DNA of 64,000 nt from an uncultured Veillonellaceae bacterium (GTDB lineage Bacteria; Bacillota; Negativicutes; JARBTT01). The position numbers were made by a program, and so were the translations under genes. The stretch covers positions 1-64,000 of the forward strand of contig CAWDTA010000003.1 in NCBI GenBank assembly GCA_963805085.1. The letters are read 5' to 3'. This document shows positions 1 to 9,664 of this stretch, piece by piece (the first letter of the stretch is position 1; the number at the start of each line of letters is the position of its first letter). The notes under the pieces are model-generated. The model searched no databases. It was given only the letters and a program-made list of their open reading frames with translations, and had not been told where the DNA came from.

Positions 1-3000
1 TGGTTTTGGCTTTATCAATACGAATCGTGTGAGTTTGGTCACAGGAACACCAAATGTAGATACAAATGGCAGCTTGGATTCCTTCAATGTAAATAGTGGT
101 GACGTCAGCATTGAAGGAACTGGAATCAGTCAAGATACTCCGGCGACAAAACTAGATATCATGACCAGAGCGGCAAATATCAACGCCGAAGTATGGGCGG
201 ACGAAATCAATGTAGTTACTGGGAATAATAAAGTAAATTATCAGACCTTAGCAACTGAAACGATAGCAGAAAATCCAGTTAAAAAACCAACAGTAGCCCT
301 AGATGTAGGCGTAGTAGGTGGCATGTATGCAGGAAAAATCATGCTCGTTGGTACAGAAAAAGGTTTGGGTGTTGCCCTCGATGGTGAAGTATCTGCGAGC
401 AAGGGCTTGTCACTAACCAATGAAGGCAAAATCACCGTAAATGGCAGTATCAGTGCAAAAGAACCAATAAAAATCACAACCAGTGATGACTTTGTAAATA
501 ATGGTCAAATATCTTCTAACCAAGATATCAATATCACAGCGCAAAATATCACGAGTAGTGGATTTATCAGTGCCGGTGAAGAAGCTGATGAAGAAGATGA
601 AGACGGTAACTCTGCAAGTGCAAGTACGACTTTGGCAGATTTAACGGCAAATGCAGCCGAAAAAATCAATATTAGCGGTATGATCAGTGCAAGTAGAGAT
701 ATCACGTTATCCGGTAAAAAAGTAACTTATGAACCAAGTAATGCTACCGCTCAAAATATAACTGTCAATCAATCTGAGCCAGATACTCCGGTGGTCGAAC
801 CCGAAACCCCGACACCAACTGACCCAGATACGCCCTCAAAAGAGGAAACAAAAACTGAAACCATTACTACCGTAATCAATCCAAAAGCTCCAGCTCTACC
901 AACCTATTCTCAAATAGAAACGACAAAAGCAGTAGAAAAAGAACAAAATCTATTGCTTACTGCAGATCAATCAGCATCAGGAGACTATAAACCAATCATC
1001 GATAAAACAGCCAGCGGTGTTGATCTCGTGCAGATTGCCACTCCAAATACTAACGGTATTTCAAGAAACCTTTATACCGATTTTAATATCAACACTAGTG
1101 GACTCATTTTAAACAATGCAACGAAATATGCCAGCACCCAGCTAGGTGGTTATATTGACTACAACACTCGTTTAGGTGGTATTAGTGCCAAAGTCATTTT
1201 AAACGAAGTTACCAGTACTAATCCAAGTAAACTAAATGGCTTTATTGAAGTTGCTGGTAATAAAGCCAGCATTGTTATTGCCAATCCCAACGGCATGACT
1301 GTCAATGGGTTTGGTTATATCAACACCAGTAATGCGACACTGTCTACGGGTATCATCAGCAGCTGGCAAAACGGCACCGTAGAATTTTATCCAATTGCAA
1401 ATGGGAACATACTATTGCAAGGTGACGGCTTAAATGCATCCAAGACAGATACGCTCAATATTATTGCCAAAGAGTTTGCAAACTCTGCTTCTGAACTATG
1501 GGCAACTCAGCTCAGCTTATCAGCAGATGGCAATTTAAGTAATAACGGTAAAATAGTTACTACTGGCAGTATGCAGATTAAAGGGCAGAACCTAACCAAT
1601 GAAGAAAATGCCGTGATTAGCAGTACTGGTGATTTAGATCTAACGATAAAAGAAGACATCCTCAATCAAACCGCTGCCATAAATAGTGACGGTAATACTA
1701 CGATTACAGGAAAAAGTTTCACGAATAAAGAAAATGCCGTACTCTATAGTAAAGGAAACCTTGATCTCAAGGTAGAGGGCGATATCAATAACCAGACAGC
1801 AGCCATTTCCGTAAACGGTAAAACAAACCTTACAGGAAACTCGCTGCAAAATACAGCAAATGCATTGCTTTATAGTGGCAGTGACTTGAACGTAGCTGTA
1901 GCAAATGATATCAATAACCAAAAATCTACACTGCAAGCTGACGGAATAGCTACCCTTAACAGCAAAACCTTTGAAAATCAAGACGGTGCGTATTTTTCAA
2001 GTGGAAATACCCTTGCAATTCATGCGGATGACAGTCTGTTAAATCAAGCGTCTACTTTAAAAAGCAAAGCAAAGACAAGCATCACGACAAAAGCGGCCAT
2101 CAATCAAGCTGGCGCAGTTTTGCAAAGTGAAGATGATTTAACCATACAGGCTGAAAATAATTTAAAAAATCAAGTTTCCGCCATTAAAACAAATGGAAAC
2201 TTTAATCTTCAGACAAAAGAATTAATAAATCAAAGTAATGCGACCATTTCTAGTGGCAAGGATATGGATGTCACTGCCAAAGCTAGTATTACAAATCAAG
2301 CCTCTCAGCTGGAAAGTAGCGGAAAAATCACAGCCAAAACACAAGCCTTAACTAGTCAAGCCAGCTCTGTGATTTCAAGTGAAAAAGATTTAGATCTGGC
2401 AGTAGAATCAGATATTACCAATAAAGATTCCACAATAAAAAGTACTGGTAACACCAAAATTACCAGCCGAAACTTTAACAATGAAGGTTCTTCCTTTACC
2501 AGTGCAGGTGATCTATCTCTGACGGTAAAAGAAAATATTCAAAATAAAAATGCTGACATCCAAGTAGAAGGAAGTAGTGAAATCAGCGCTAAAAACCTTA
2601 GCAACGAAGCTGATGCTGGCATTTTTACCACAGGTGATTTCAATCTAAATTTAACCAATAAACTCACCAACCAAAATTCTGTACTCGCTGTAAATGGCAA
2701 AACAAATATTACCGCGCAAGGTATTGATAATCTCGATAACTCTGTGCTTTACAGTAGTGGTGATTTAACCTTAACAGCAGAAAATAATATATTAAACCAG
2801 TCCTCAGATATCGAAAGCCAAGGCAGTATCGCTATTACGGCTAACCAATTAACCAATGAAAAAGGTATATTTGAGACCTATTGGGATATAACCAATCAAA
2901 ATATAGCCTATGGAATTACGCCTATTTCTGGACATTACAGTGCCACGAGAAAATTCGCCAGAGAAATACAAACTGGTACGATTAAAGAAGAAACAGCAAC

Positions 3001-6000
3001 AGCGCAAATCTTAGCCGATAAAGACATCACAATCAAGACAAAGTCAAATGTAATCAATCACTATAGCACAATTGCCGCTGGTAATGATCTAACCATAGAT
3101 GCAGCTTACTTAGAAAACTTCGGCTATCAAGGTACGATTATTACCACCGATGTCGGCAATGACATTCACAACTGGAAATATAAACACCATGGAAAACTGC
3201 ATCATCATTGCCATATGGTTTACGGCACTACCGTTATTCCCTATTACAATCAAACAGTAGTAGACGAAGAAACCGTCAGACCAGGTATTTTAAGCGGGGT
3301 CAAAAAAGTAAAGATTACTGCCGGAACGATCGACAATAAAACCTTTGATGCTGGTAAAAATGTCATTCAGACGAAGACCCAGGCAGTAACGCAGCCTAGC
3401 GTTCTAACCCAGTTGACAGGACAAACAAAAGTAGCCAGCCAAGTAGATCCTAAGATCAATGCCGAAGATAAGGAAATCACTATCGGAAGTCTAGCTATAA
3501 ATAGCAAACTGTTCACCATCAATACAAATCCAACAGCAAAATACTTGGTAGAAACAAATGAAAAATTTGCTAACTACAACAATTTCCTCTCCAGTGATTA
3601 CTTATTAGAACGGGTAAAATCTGATCCAACAAAAGTATCAAAACGCTTAGGTGATGGCTACTACGAACAAAAACTAGTCACCGAACAAATCACTGAATTA
3701 ACCGGTAAAAAATACTTAAACGACTACAGCTCAGCCCTTGAACAATACCAAGCCTTAATGGAAAATGGCGCAACCGTTGCCAATGAGTATAACCTTACCG
3801 TAGGTGTAGCCTTAACCAAAGAACAAATGGCAGCCTTAACCAGCGATATCGTATGGCTAGTCGAAGAAGAAGTAAACGGAGAAAAAGTCCTCGTTCCCGA
3901 AGTATACTTATCAACTCTAAAAACAGGCGATTTAACCAGCAGTGGAGCTCTCATTGTGGGAACAGACGTCGAACTAGTTGCCAGTGATGACTTAAAAAAT
4001 GTCGGCACCATAAAAGCAGATAACAATCTAACCGTAGCTGCCAAAAACATCACCAACGAAAATGGTGCGATTTCTGGCGCAGAAGTAACGCTGACCGCAG
4101 AAGAAAATGTAACCAATAACAGTGCAGCCATTACCGGGAAAAACGTAACCATCTCTGCTGAAAATATCACAAACACAACTCAAACTCAAACAGAAAATTA
4201 CCAAGAACTAAACCAAACAAAAACACTCGATACTGCAAGTATCGCAGCAGAAAACAACCTTACCCTAATCGCTGAAGACTCCATAAAAAATCAAGGAGCA
4301 AAGCTAAGTGCAGGTAAAGAACTCGTACTCACAGCCAAAAAAGATATCGACATCGAAGCCGTAGCGAAGGAAAAACACGTAGCCGTTACCTACGGTAAAT
4401 CCAGTGCCGAAGAAAACACTACAAAGAGCGTAAGTAGTACTCTAACCGGACAAAACATCACGATAAACGGTGACAATGTAAATATCAAAGGCTCAAATGT
4501 TGCCGCAGACGAAGCAGTAGCTATTACAGGCAAAACTAACGTCAACATTACCGCTGAAAAAGACCTCGCAGAAACAGATGCGTCCGTAGGAAATCGTGGC
4601 GGAGAATACTTCAATCGGCAAAAAGACAGCAACGAAACTATCGCTTCCAGCAGTATCACAGCCGGAAAAGATATTCAAATCAAAGCAGACAAAGACATCA
4701 ACGTCAAAGGCTCGGACATCTCCAGTAATAAAGGAAAAATCACTCTAGATGCAAAAGAAAATGTAAATGTCTCAAACGAAACCGAACATCACGAAAGCCT
4801 GCACGAAGAACACAGAGAAAAAACAGGCTTCCTATCCTCAACTAAAACAGATATCTACGACTATCAAGCAAAAGATACAGTTGTAGGCAGCAATATCTCC
4901 GGTAATCAAATAAATGCAGATGCTACGAAAGATATCAACATCAAAGGCTCAACAGCAGTAGCAGATCAAGATGTAAATCTAAAAGCCGGAGGAAATATCA
5001 ACATCGAATCCGCCGAAGAAACCAGTGAAAGCCTATACGAAAAATCCGTTAAAAAATCTGGTCTTCTAACAGGTGGCGGACTCAGCGTCACCATAGGGAA
5101 ACAAAGCCAAAAAGACAGCCAAGCTAACCAAAACACCGAACAAATCAGCTCAACTGTAGGCAGTCTACAAGGCAATGTAACCCTAGAAGCAGGAAAAGAT
5201 GTAGACGTAAAAGCCAGTGATGTAATCGCAAATAAAGACATCAACATCACCGGAGAAAACGTTAATATAGAAAATAAAGATAATACGTATAATGCAGAGG
5301 AAAAACACGAATTTAAACAAAGTGGTTTAACAATAGCACTAAAAAGTCAGACCATAGATACCTATAAAAAAGTTTACGACTCAGTAGACAGAGCCGGACA
5401 AGTTTCAGATGACCGTTTAAAAGCACTGTATGCCTATAAAGCAGATGAAGACTATAAAGACATAAAGAAACAAGAAAAAGCGGCAAAAGCTCTAAAAGAA
5501 CAACAAGAAGCAGAAGAAGCAAAAAAACAAGAAGAAGCAAAAAATAAACAAGGGGCAGATAAAAACGCTAAAGATGGAGCAGAGAAAAAACCAGCAGAAA
5601 AAAGTGATATCTCCATCAGTGTAAGTCTAGGAACAAGTAAATCCGAAAGCAGCGCAACCAGCCAAACAACAGCTGCGCAAGGCAGCAGTATCACAGGCGG
5701 AAATAATGTAAAGATCACGGCAACAAAAGAAGATATCAAAGTCAAAGGCTCAGATATCACCGGAGAAAATGTAACCTTAGATGCCAAGAAAAATATCGAA
5801 ATCACCGCCAGTGAAAACAAAAATGTAAGCAACTCTGACAGCAAAAGTAGCTCAGCAAGTATCGGAGCAAGTATAAACTTAGGTGATGGCAGTATTGGCG
5901 GACTCAATGTAAGTGGTAGCAAACAAACAGGAGAAATCAAAGAAAACTCCACCACCTATAACCAAAGTACAGTTACCGCCAATAGCACCTTAAAACTAGA

Positions 6001-8425
6001 ATCCGACAAAGACATCAATATCAAAGGTTCAAAAGTAGAAGGAGAAACTGTCAAAGTAGATGCAGGAGAAAATCTAAATCTAGAAAGTCTGCAAGACAAA
6101 GAAACCTACGATGAGAAAAACAGCTCAGCTGGTGGAACGATCGGTGTAGGTGCTTTCAATGCATCAGCAAGTAAAGGAAAAATAAACTCAGACTATGAAA
6201 GCGTAACCAAGCAAGCCGAAATCCATGCAGGACAAGGCGGCTTCGATATCGAAGTAGGCAAAAATACCGATCTAAAAGGTGCGGTTATTTCGAGCGATGC
6301 TACGCCAGATAAGAATAAACTTAGCACGGATACACTAACTTACTCAGATATACAGAATAAGGCGGATTATAGCGCAAGTAGTACGGGGGGAAGTATTAGC
6401 CTTACCAAAGAAACAAAACCAGAAAAAGATGCAAATGGTAATCTGCAATTCAAAGATAAAAACGTAATAGACAAATCAATAGATCAAGGAATTCCTGTCA
6501 AAGGTGATGCAAAATCCACAACAAAATCTGCAATTGCAGATGGTACGATAGAAATAAGAAGCAATCCAAACCAAGACCTAAGTGGATTAAGTAGAGAAAC
6601 AGAAAAATCACTTAACGCATTAGGGAAAATCTTTGATAAGAAAAAAGTGCAAGAACAACAAGAATTAGTAAATTTATTTAGCAAAGAAGCGAATAATTTA
6701 ATCGGAGACATTTCCCTAAGAGAATACAAAAAAGCATTAGAAAAAGCAGAAGAAAGTAAAGGAACACCACAATATGATGAACTAATAAAAGAAGCTGAAA
6801 AATGGAAAACAGGAGGAAGTAATAAAATACTTCTACATACAATTGTAGGAGGAATAACCACAGGATTATCAGGAGATGGATTTACATCAGGAGCAACAGC
6901 TACAGGATTAAACGAAGCTTTACAAAAACAACTAAGTAAAATAAAAGACCCAACACTCCACGAACTCGCTAGTTCTATGATAGGGTTTGTAGCAGCAAAA
7001 ATAACTCATGGTGATACAAAGACATCAGAAGCTGTAAATGCCAGTGCAACAGAAAACAATTGGTTAAGGCATGAAGAACAAGAAAAATTTGCAGAACTAT
7101 TGAGTTTAACAAATGATAAAGACGAAAAAGCTAAAATAGTAGCATATTACACAGCCTTAAGTATGTATAATATAGCTCATCAATTATTACCAGGGATAGA
7201 ATCAGATGAAGGAATAGAGCCTGATCTATATACAGAATTACGAAAACTTACAGCGAATACAGATGGTGGTCTAAACTACACGCTAAATGACCTAACGATT
7301 AGTATATATGGTCAATACCAATTGGCGATCTATTACAGAAGCGAATTAGAAAGAAGCAACGGAACATTTGAATATCCGATAAATAATATCGGAGGGGTTA
7401 GTACCCCATTAACTCCTTCAACACCAGCGGATAATCGTACTAAATACGTAGAGCCAGTAACGATCTATCCATCACAAATAGAAGGAAATATAGTAAAAGA
7501 AAACGGTGAATACTTTGTAGTTGGAAGTACTGGAGAAAAAACGCCAGTAAATGCAGATGAAGTAGAAGGCAAAAGATTCTATGTAGCAGAATCAAACTCA
7601 TGGTTTGAGCATAAAAATGGAGACGACGTAGCAATTCCGCCAGTAAGAGTAGTAGATGGCGTAGAATGGAAAGTAAATCCAACAACTGGCGAAGATGTTT
7701 ATTCCCAAACCTTACCGAGTAATTACGAAGGTCTTAGTGCTGACAGACAAGAAACATTAAGAAAATTCGATAATGCGACAAGTTCGAGTGATAGAATAAC
7801 TTATGCTATGCAGTTTTTTGGTCAGGGATGGATTGAACCGATTACTACGTATAGAAATTCCCAATATCAACAAATGGTGAATGCGGGAATGTCAGAGGAG
7901 CTTGCAAGTTCTGCAGCTGACCAAATAACATTAAATTTCTTAACACCAGCTGTCGGAGCCGTGCTTAAAATAGGTGTTGGAGGACTAAGTAATCTAAAAC
8001 AAGTACTAAGTACTGAAACTAATGCTTATGAAGCAGGAATGACACTGGAAAATGGTGCGTGGAAATTTGATTTACAACTCTTTGCATCGTCTAAAAAATT
8101 AGGTGATAATTTAGTTGCAGCAGGTGTAGAAAGACCAAGTTATCCTAGTGCAGCACATCATATTGTTGCTGGAAATTCACCAAAAGCAAATGAGGCGCGA
8201 TTAATACTGCAAAATTTTGGTATAGATATTGATAGTGCTTTTAATGGAGTGTTTTTACCAACTGCGAAAGGTGTTAGCAATTCTGCGTATCACCCAAGTC
8301 TTCATACCGATGCGTATTATGAAAAAGTAAACGAATTATTGAAACTGGCTAGCAGTAAGGATGACGCACTTGAGATACTAAAGGATATATCTAGTCAGTT
8401 ACAAAATGGGACCCTTTTAAAATAG
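1..8425 (+). CDS. cdiA: CdiA/filamentous-haemagglutinin-like TpsA exoprotein with C-terminal AHH (HNH/EndoVII-fold) nuclease toxin; 5' end lies outside the window
   Basis: Frame is open from base 2 (GFGFINTNRVSLVTG). TPS motifs GGMYAGKI and ANPNGMTVNGFGYIN, FHA beta-helix repeats, RLGDGYYEQKLV and LTSDIVWLV blocks, VENN-like ATENNWL at 7046-7066, and tip AAHHIV...NGVFLP...H...H. Confidence 0.9.
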   Translation, partial: GFGFINTNRVSLVTGTPNVDTNGSLDSFNVNSGDVSIEGTGISQDTPATKLDIMTRAANINAEVWADEINVVTGNNKVNYQTLATETIAENPVKKPTVALDVGVVGGMYAGKIMLVGTEKGLGVALDGEVSASKGLSLTNEGKITVNGSISAKEPIKITTSDDFVNNGQISSNQDINITAQNITSSGFISAGEEADEEDEDGNSASASTTLADLTANAAEKINISGMISASRDITLSGKKVTYEPSNATAQNITVNQSEPDTPVVEPETPTPTDPDTPSKEETKTETITTVINPKAPALPTYSQIETTKAVEKEQNLLLTADQSASGDYKPIIDKTASGVDLVQIATPNTNGISRNLYTDFNINTSGLILNNATKYASTQLGGYIDYNTRLGGISAKVILNEVTSTNPSKLNGFIEVAGNKASIVIANPNGMTVNGFGYINTSNATLSTGIISSWQNGTVEFYPIANGNILLQGDGLNASKTDTLNIIAKEFANSASELWATQLSLSADGNLSNNGKIVTTGSMQIKGQNLTNEENAVISSTGDLDLTIKEDILNQTAAINSDGNTTITGKSFTNKENAVLYSKGNLDLKVEGDINNQTAAISVNGKTNLTGNSLQNTANALLYSGSDLNVAVANDINNQKSTLQADGIATLNSKTFENQDGAYFSSGNTLAIHADDSLLNQASTLKSKAKTSITTKAAINQAGAVLQSEDDLTIQAENNLKNQVSAIKTNGNFNLQTKELINQSNATISSGKDMDVTAKASITNQASQLESSGKITAKTQALTSQASSVISSEKDLDLAVESDITNKDSTIKSTGNTKITSRNFNNEGSSFTSAGDLSLTVKENIQNKNADIQVEGSSEISAKNLSNEADAGIFTTGDFNLNLTNKLTNQNSVLAVNGKTNITAQGIDNLDNSVLYSSGDLTLTAENNILNQSSDIESQGSIAITANQLTNEKGIFETYWDITNQNIAYGITPISGHYSATRKFAREIQTGTIKEETATAQILADKDITIKTKSNVINHYSTIAAGNDLTIDAAYLENFGYQGTIITTDVGNDIHNWKYKHHGKLHHHCHMVYGTTVIPYYNQTVVDEETVRPGILSGVKKVKITAGTIDNKTFDAGKNVIQTKTQAVTQPSVLTQLTGQTKVASQVDPKINAEDKEITIGSLAINSKLFTINTNPTAKYLVETNEKFANYNNFLSSDYLLERVKSDPTKVSKRLGDGYYEQKLVTEQITELTGKKYLNDYSSALEQYQALMENGATVANEYNLTVGVALTKEQMAALTSDIVWLVEEEVNGEKVLVPEVYLSTLKTGDLTSSGALIVGTDVELVASDDLKNVGTIKADNNLTVAAKNITNENGAISGAEVTLTAEENVTNNSAAITGKNVTISAENITNTTQTQTENYQELNQTKTLDTASIAAENNLTLIAEDSIKNQGAKLSAGKELVLTAKKDIDIEAVAKEKHVAVTYGKSSAEENTTKSVSSTLTGQNITINGDNVNIKGSNVAADEAVAITGKTNVNITAEKDLAETDASVGNRGGEYFNRQKDSNETIASSSITAGKDIQIKADKDINVKGSDISSNKGKITLDAKENVNVSNETEHHESLHEEHREKTGFLSSTKTDIYDYQAKDTVVGSNISGNQINADATKDINIKGSTAVADQDVNLKAGGNINIESAEETSESLYEKSVKKSGLLTGGGLSVTIGKQSQKDSQANQNTEQISSTVGSLQGNVTLEAGKDVDVKASDVIANKDINITGENVNIENKDNTYNAEEKHEFKQSGLTIALKSQTIDTYKKVYDSVDRAGQVSDDRLKALYAYKADEDYKDIKKQEKAAKALKEQQEAEEAKKQEEAKNKQGADKNAKDGAEKKPAEKSDISISVSLGTSKSESSATSQTTAAQGSSITGGNNVKITATKEDIKVKGSDITGENVTLDAKKNIEITASENKNVSNSDSKSSSASIGASINLGDGSIGGLNVSGSKQTGEIKENSTTYNQSTVTANSTLKLESDKDINIKGSKVEGETVKVDAGENLNLESLQDKETYDEKNSSAGGTIGVGAFNASASKGKINSDYESVTKQAEIHAGQGGFDIEVGKNTDLKGAVISSDATPDKNKLSTDTLTYSDIQNKADYSASSTGGSISLTKETKPEKDANGNLQFKDKNVIDKSIDQGIPVKGDAKSTTKSAIADGTIEIRSNPNQDLSGLSRETEKSLNALGKIFDKKKVQEQQELVNLFSKEANNLIGDISLREYKKALEKAEESKGTPQYDELIKEAEKWKTGGSNKILLHTIVGGITTGLSGDGFTSGATATGLNEALQKQLSKIKDPTLHELASSMIGFVAAKITHGDTKTSEAVNASATENNWLRHEEQEKFAELLSLTNDKDEKAKIVAYYTALSMYNIAHQLLPGIESDEGIEPDLYTELRKLTANTDGGLNYTLNDLTISIYGQYQLAIYYRSELERSNGTFEYPINNIGGVSTPLTPSTPADNRTKYVEPVTIYPSQIEGNIVKENGEYFVVGSTGEKTPVNADEVEGKRFYVAESNSWFEHKNGDDVAIPPVRVVDGVEWKVNPTTGEDVYSQTLPSNYEGLSADRQETLRKFDNATSSSDRITYAMQFFGQGWIEPITTYRNSQYQQMVNAGMSEELASSAADQITLNFLTPAVGAVLKIGVGGLSNLKQVLSTETNAYEAGMTLENGAWKFDLQLFASSKKLGDNLVAAGVERPSYPSAAHHIVAGNSPKANEARLILQNFGIDIDSAFNGVFLPTAKGVSNSAYHPSLHTDAYYEKVNELLKLASSKDDALEILKDISSQLQNGTLLK

Positions 8426-8437
8426 GAGGTATAGATT

Positions 8438-8977
8438 ATGAAAATATGGCATTTAGGGGCAGATGTAAATAACTTTGATAATCTAATTCCAATTAAGGAA
8501 GAAGATTGGAACTTATTAAGATTTGACGGAATAAGGTTATCCAATATATGGAAATCGATTCCTGTTCGTGTGATTGAAGATCGGAAAAAAAGTGACACAC
8601 CTGGATTGTCAGCTGGGATTCCGGTTTTTAGTTCAAGGTCTATAGAAGTATTAAACGATCTGATGGCAGATAGTGTTGAAATTCTTCCTTTAAGATGTAG
8701 AAAAGGAGATTATTATGCTATTAACGTTCTAAATGTCTTAGATTGTATTGATTATGAAAGTTCAGAGTTTAAAAAATTTGAAAACTCAGGACGAATCATG
8801 CGGTTTATTAAATATTCATTTAAACCTAATTACGTAAATGGTAAACATATATTTAAAATTGTTGATGAACCAGTTCGAAGACCTTTTGTTTCAGATGAAT
8901 TTAGAAACAGAGTCTTAGATAATGAGCTAGTAGGCTTTAAATTTGATCTTGTGTGGGATTCAGAATTAGGTAACTAG
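8438..8977 (+). CDS. cognate immunity protein (DUF1629/Imm11-like)
   Basis: Starts 12 nt after the toxin stop with an AGGAGG RBS. Pattern YYAINVLNVLDCID...HIFKI...FVSDEF...LVGFKF is typical of immunity proteins paired with AHH nucleases. Confidence 0.8.
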   Translation: MKIWHLGADVNNFDNLIPIKEEDWNLLRFDGIRLSNIWKSIPVRVIEDRKKSDTPGLSAGIPVFSSRSIEVLNDLMADSVEILPLRCRKGDYYAINVLNVLDCIDYESSEFKKFENSGRIMRFIKYSFKPNYVNGKHIFKIVDEPVRRPFVSDEFRNRVLDNELVGFKFDLVWDSELGN

Positions 8978-9042
8978 AGAATGTGACGGTTTGCAGTGCT
9001 TCAAAAATTCGGACATTGTCCCTATAAAAATAGGTAAAAATA

Positions 9043-9084
9043 AAAACGAGGTCAACGGACGTAAAAAATCCGCTGACCTCGTTT
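9043..9084. terminator. probable bidirectional intrinsic terminator
   Basis: AAACGAGGTCAACGGA...TCCGCTGACCTCGTTT hairpin between convergent genes. Confidence 0.7.
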
Positions 9085-9182
9085 CTTCTCAGGTGCTCTC
9101 TAGTGACACCTAATTCATAGGTAATAAATTCCTATTAACAACACCATTTCAATTAATCTAGAAAATCTGAGTAACTCTAAAA

Positions 9183-9350
9183 TTAAAAAGATTTCGACTC
9201 ATTACCTCCACAAAACGGACAACTACCCCCATAGCCATTACCAGAACAATTAGAACAATAAGTACCACCACATTCTTTACATTTCATCAAAGAACCCATA
9301 CAAGGTGCATCACTACCACAATTTGGACATTTTCTCACAGTATCATACAT
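9183..9350 (-). CDS. 55-aa Cys-rich protein with four CxxC motifs (double zinc-ribbon-like); absent from the ORF track
   Basis: Hand translation: MYDTVRKCPNCGSDAPCMGSLMKCKECGGTYCSNCSGNGYGGSCPFCGGNESKSF. GGAGG RBS at 9361-9365. The second copy differs mostly at synonymous sites. Confidence 0.85.
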   Translation of the reverse strand: MYDTVRKCPNCGSDAPCMGSLMKCKECGGTYCSNCSGNGYGGSCPFCGGNESKSF

Positions 9351-9664
9351 ATCAATAAAACCTCCTTTTTAATAAGAATAATTCTATATTATCACCTGTC
9401 GGTGATGACGAAAACGGTGTTTTCGTCGTAGAGGTTCTTTTATGTAAAATATCATGAATACAGTGAAATCAAGCTTTCATTGAAGCTGACACATTAAATA
9501 ATAATCATATTAAACAACAGAGTGACCACGTTAATACAGATGATTTTTCATGAACCATTGATATAAGATACTATTTATACAAGGTGACGGTTCTTTTTGT
9601 CTAAATTAAAGTATAATTAAAGAGTAAAAATGGCGCAGAAATGTTAGACATTTTTGCTAGCCAA

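Larger units (their letters stand above)
8983..9351. repeat. post-immunity module copy 1 (REP-like motif, terminator, Cys-rich gene)
   Basis: Aligns by eye along its whole length with 12011-12378. Confidence 0.9.

Noticed and set aside
241-7685. Many minus-strand ORFs inside cdiA, and similar shadow ORFs elsewhere
   Set aside because: They are antisense to well-supported genes, lack RBSs and motifs, and are explained by codon bias.
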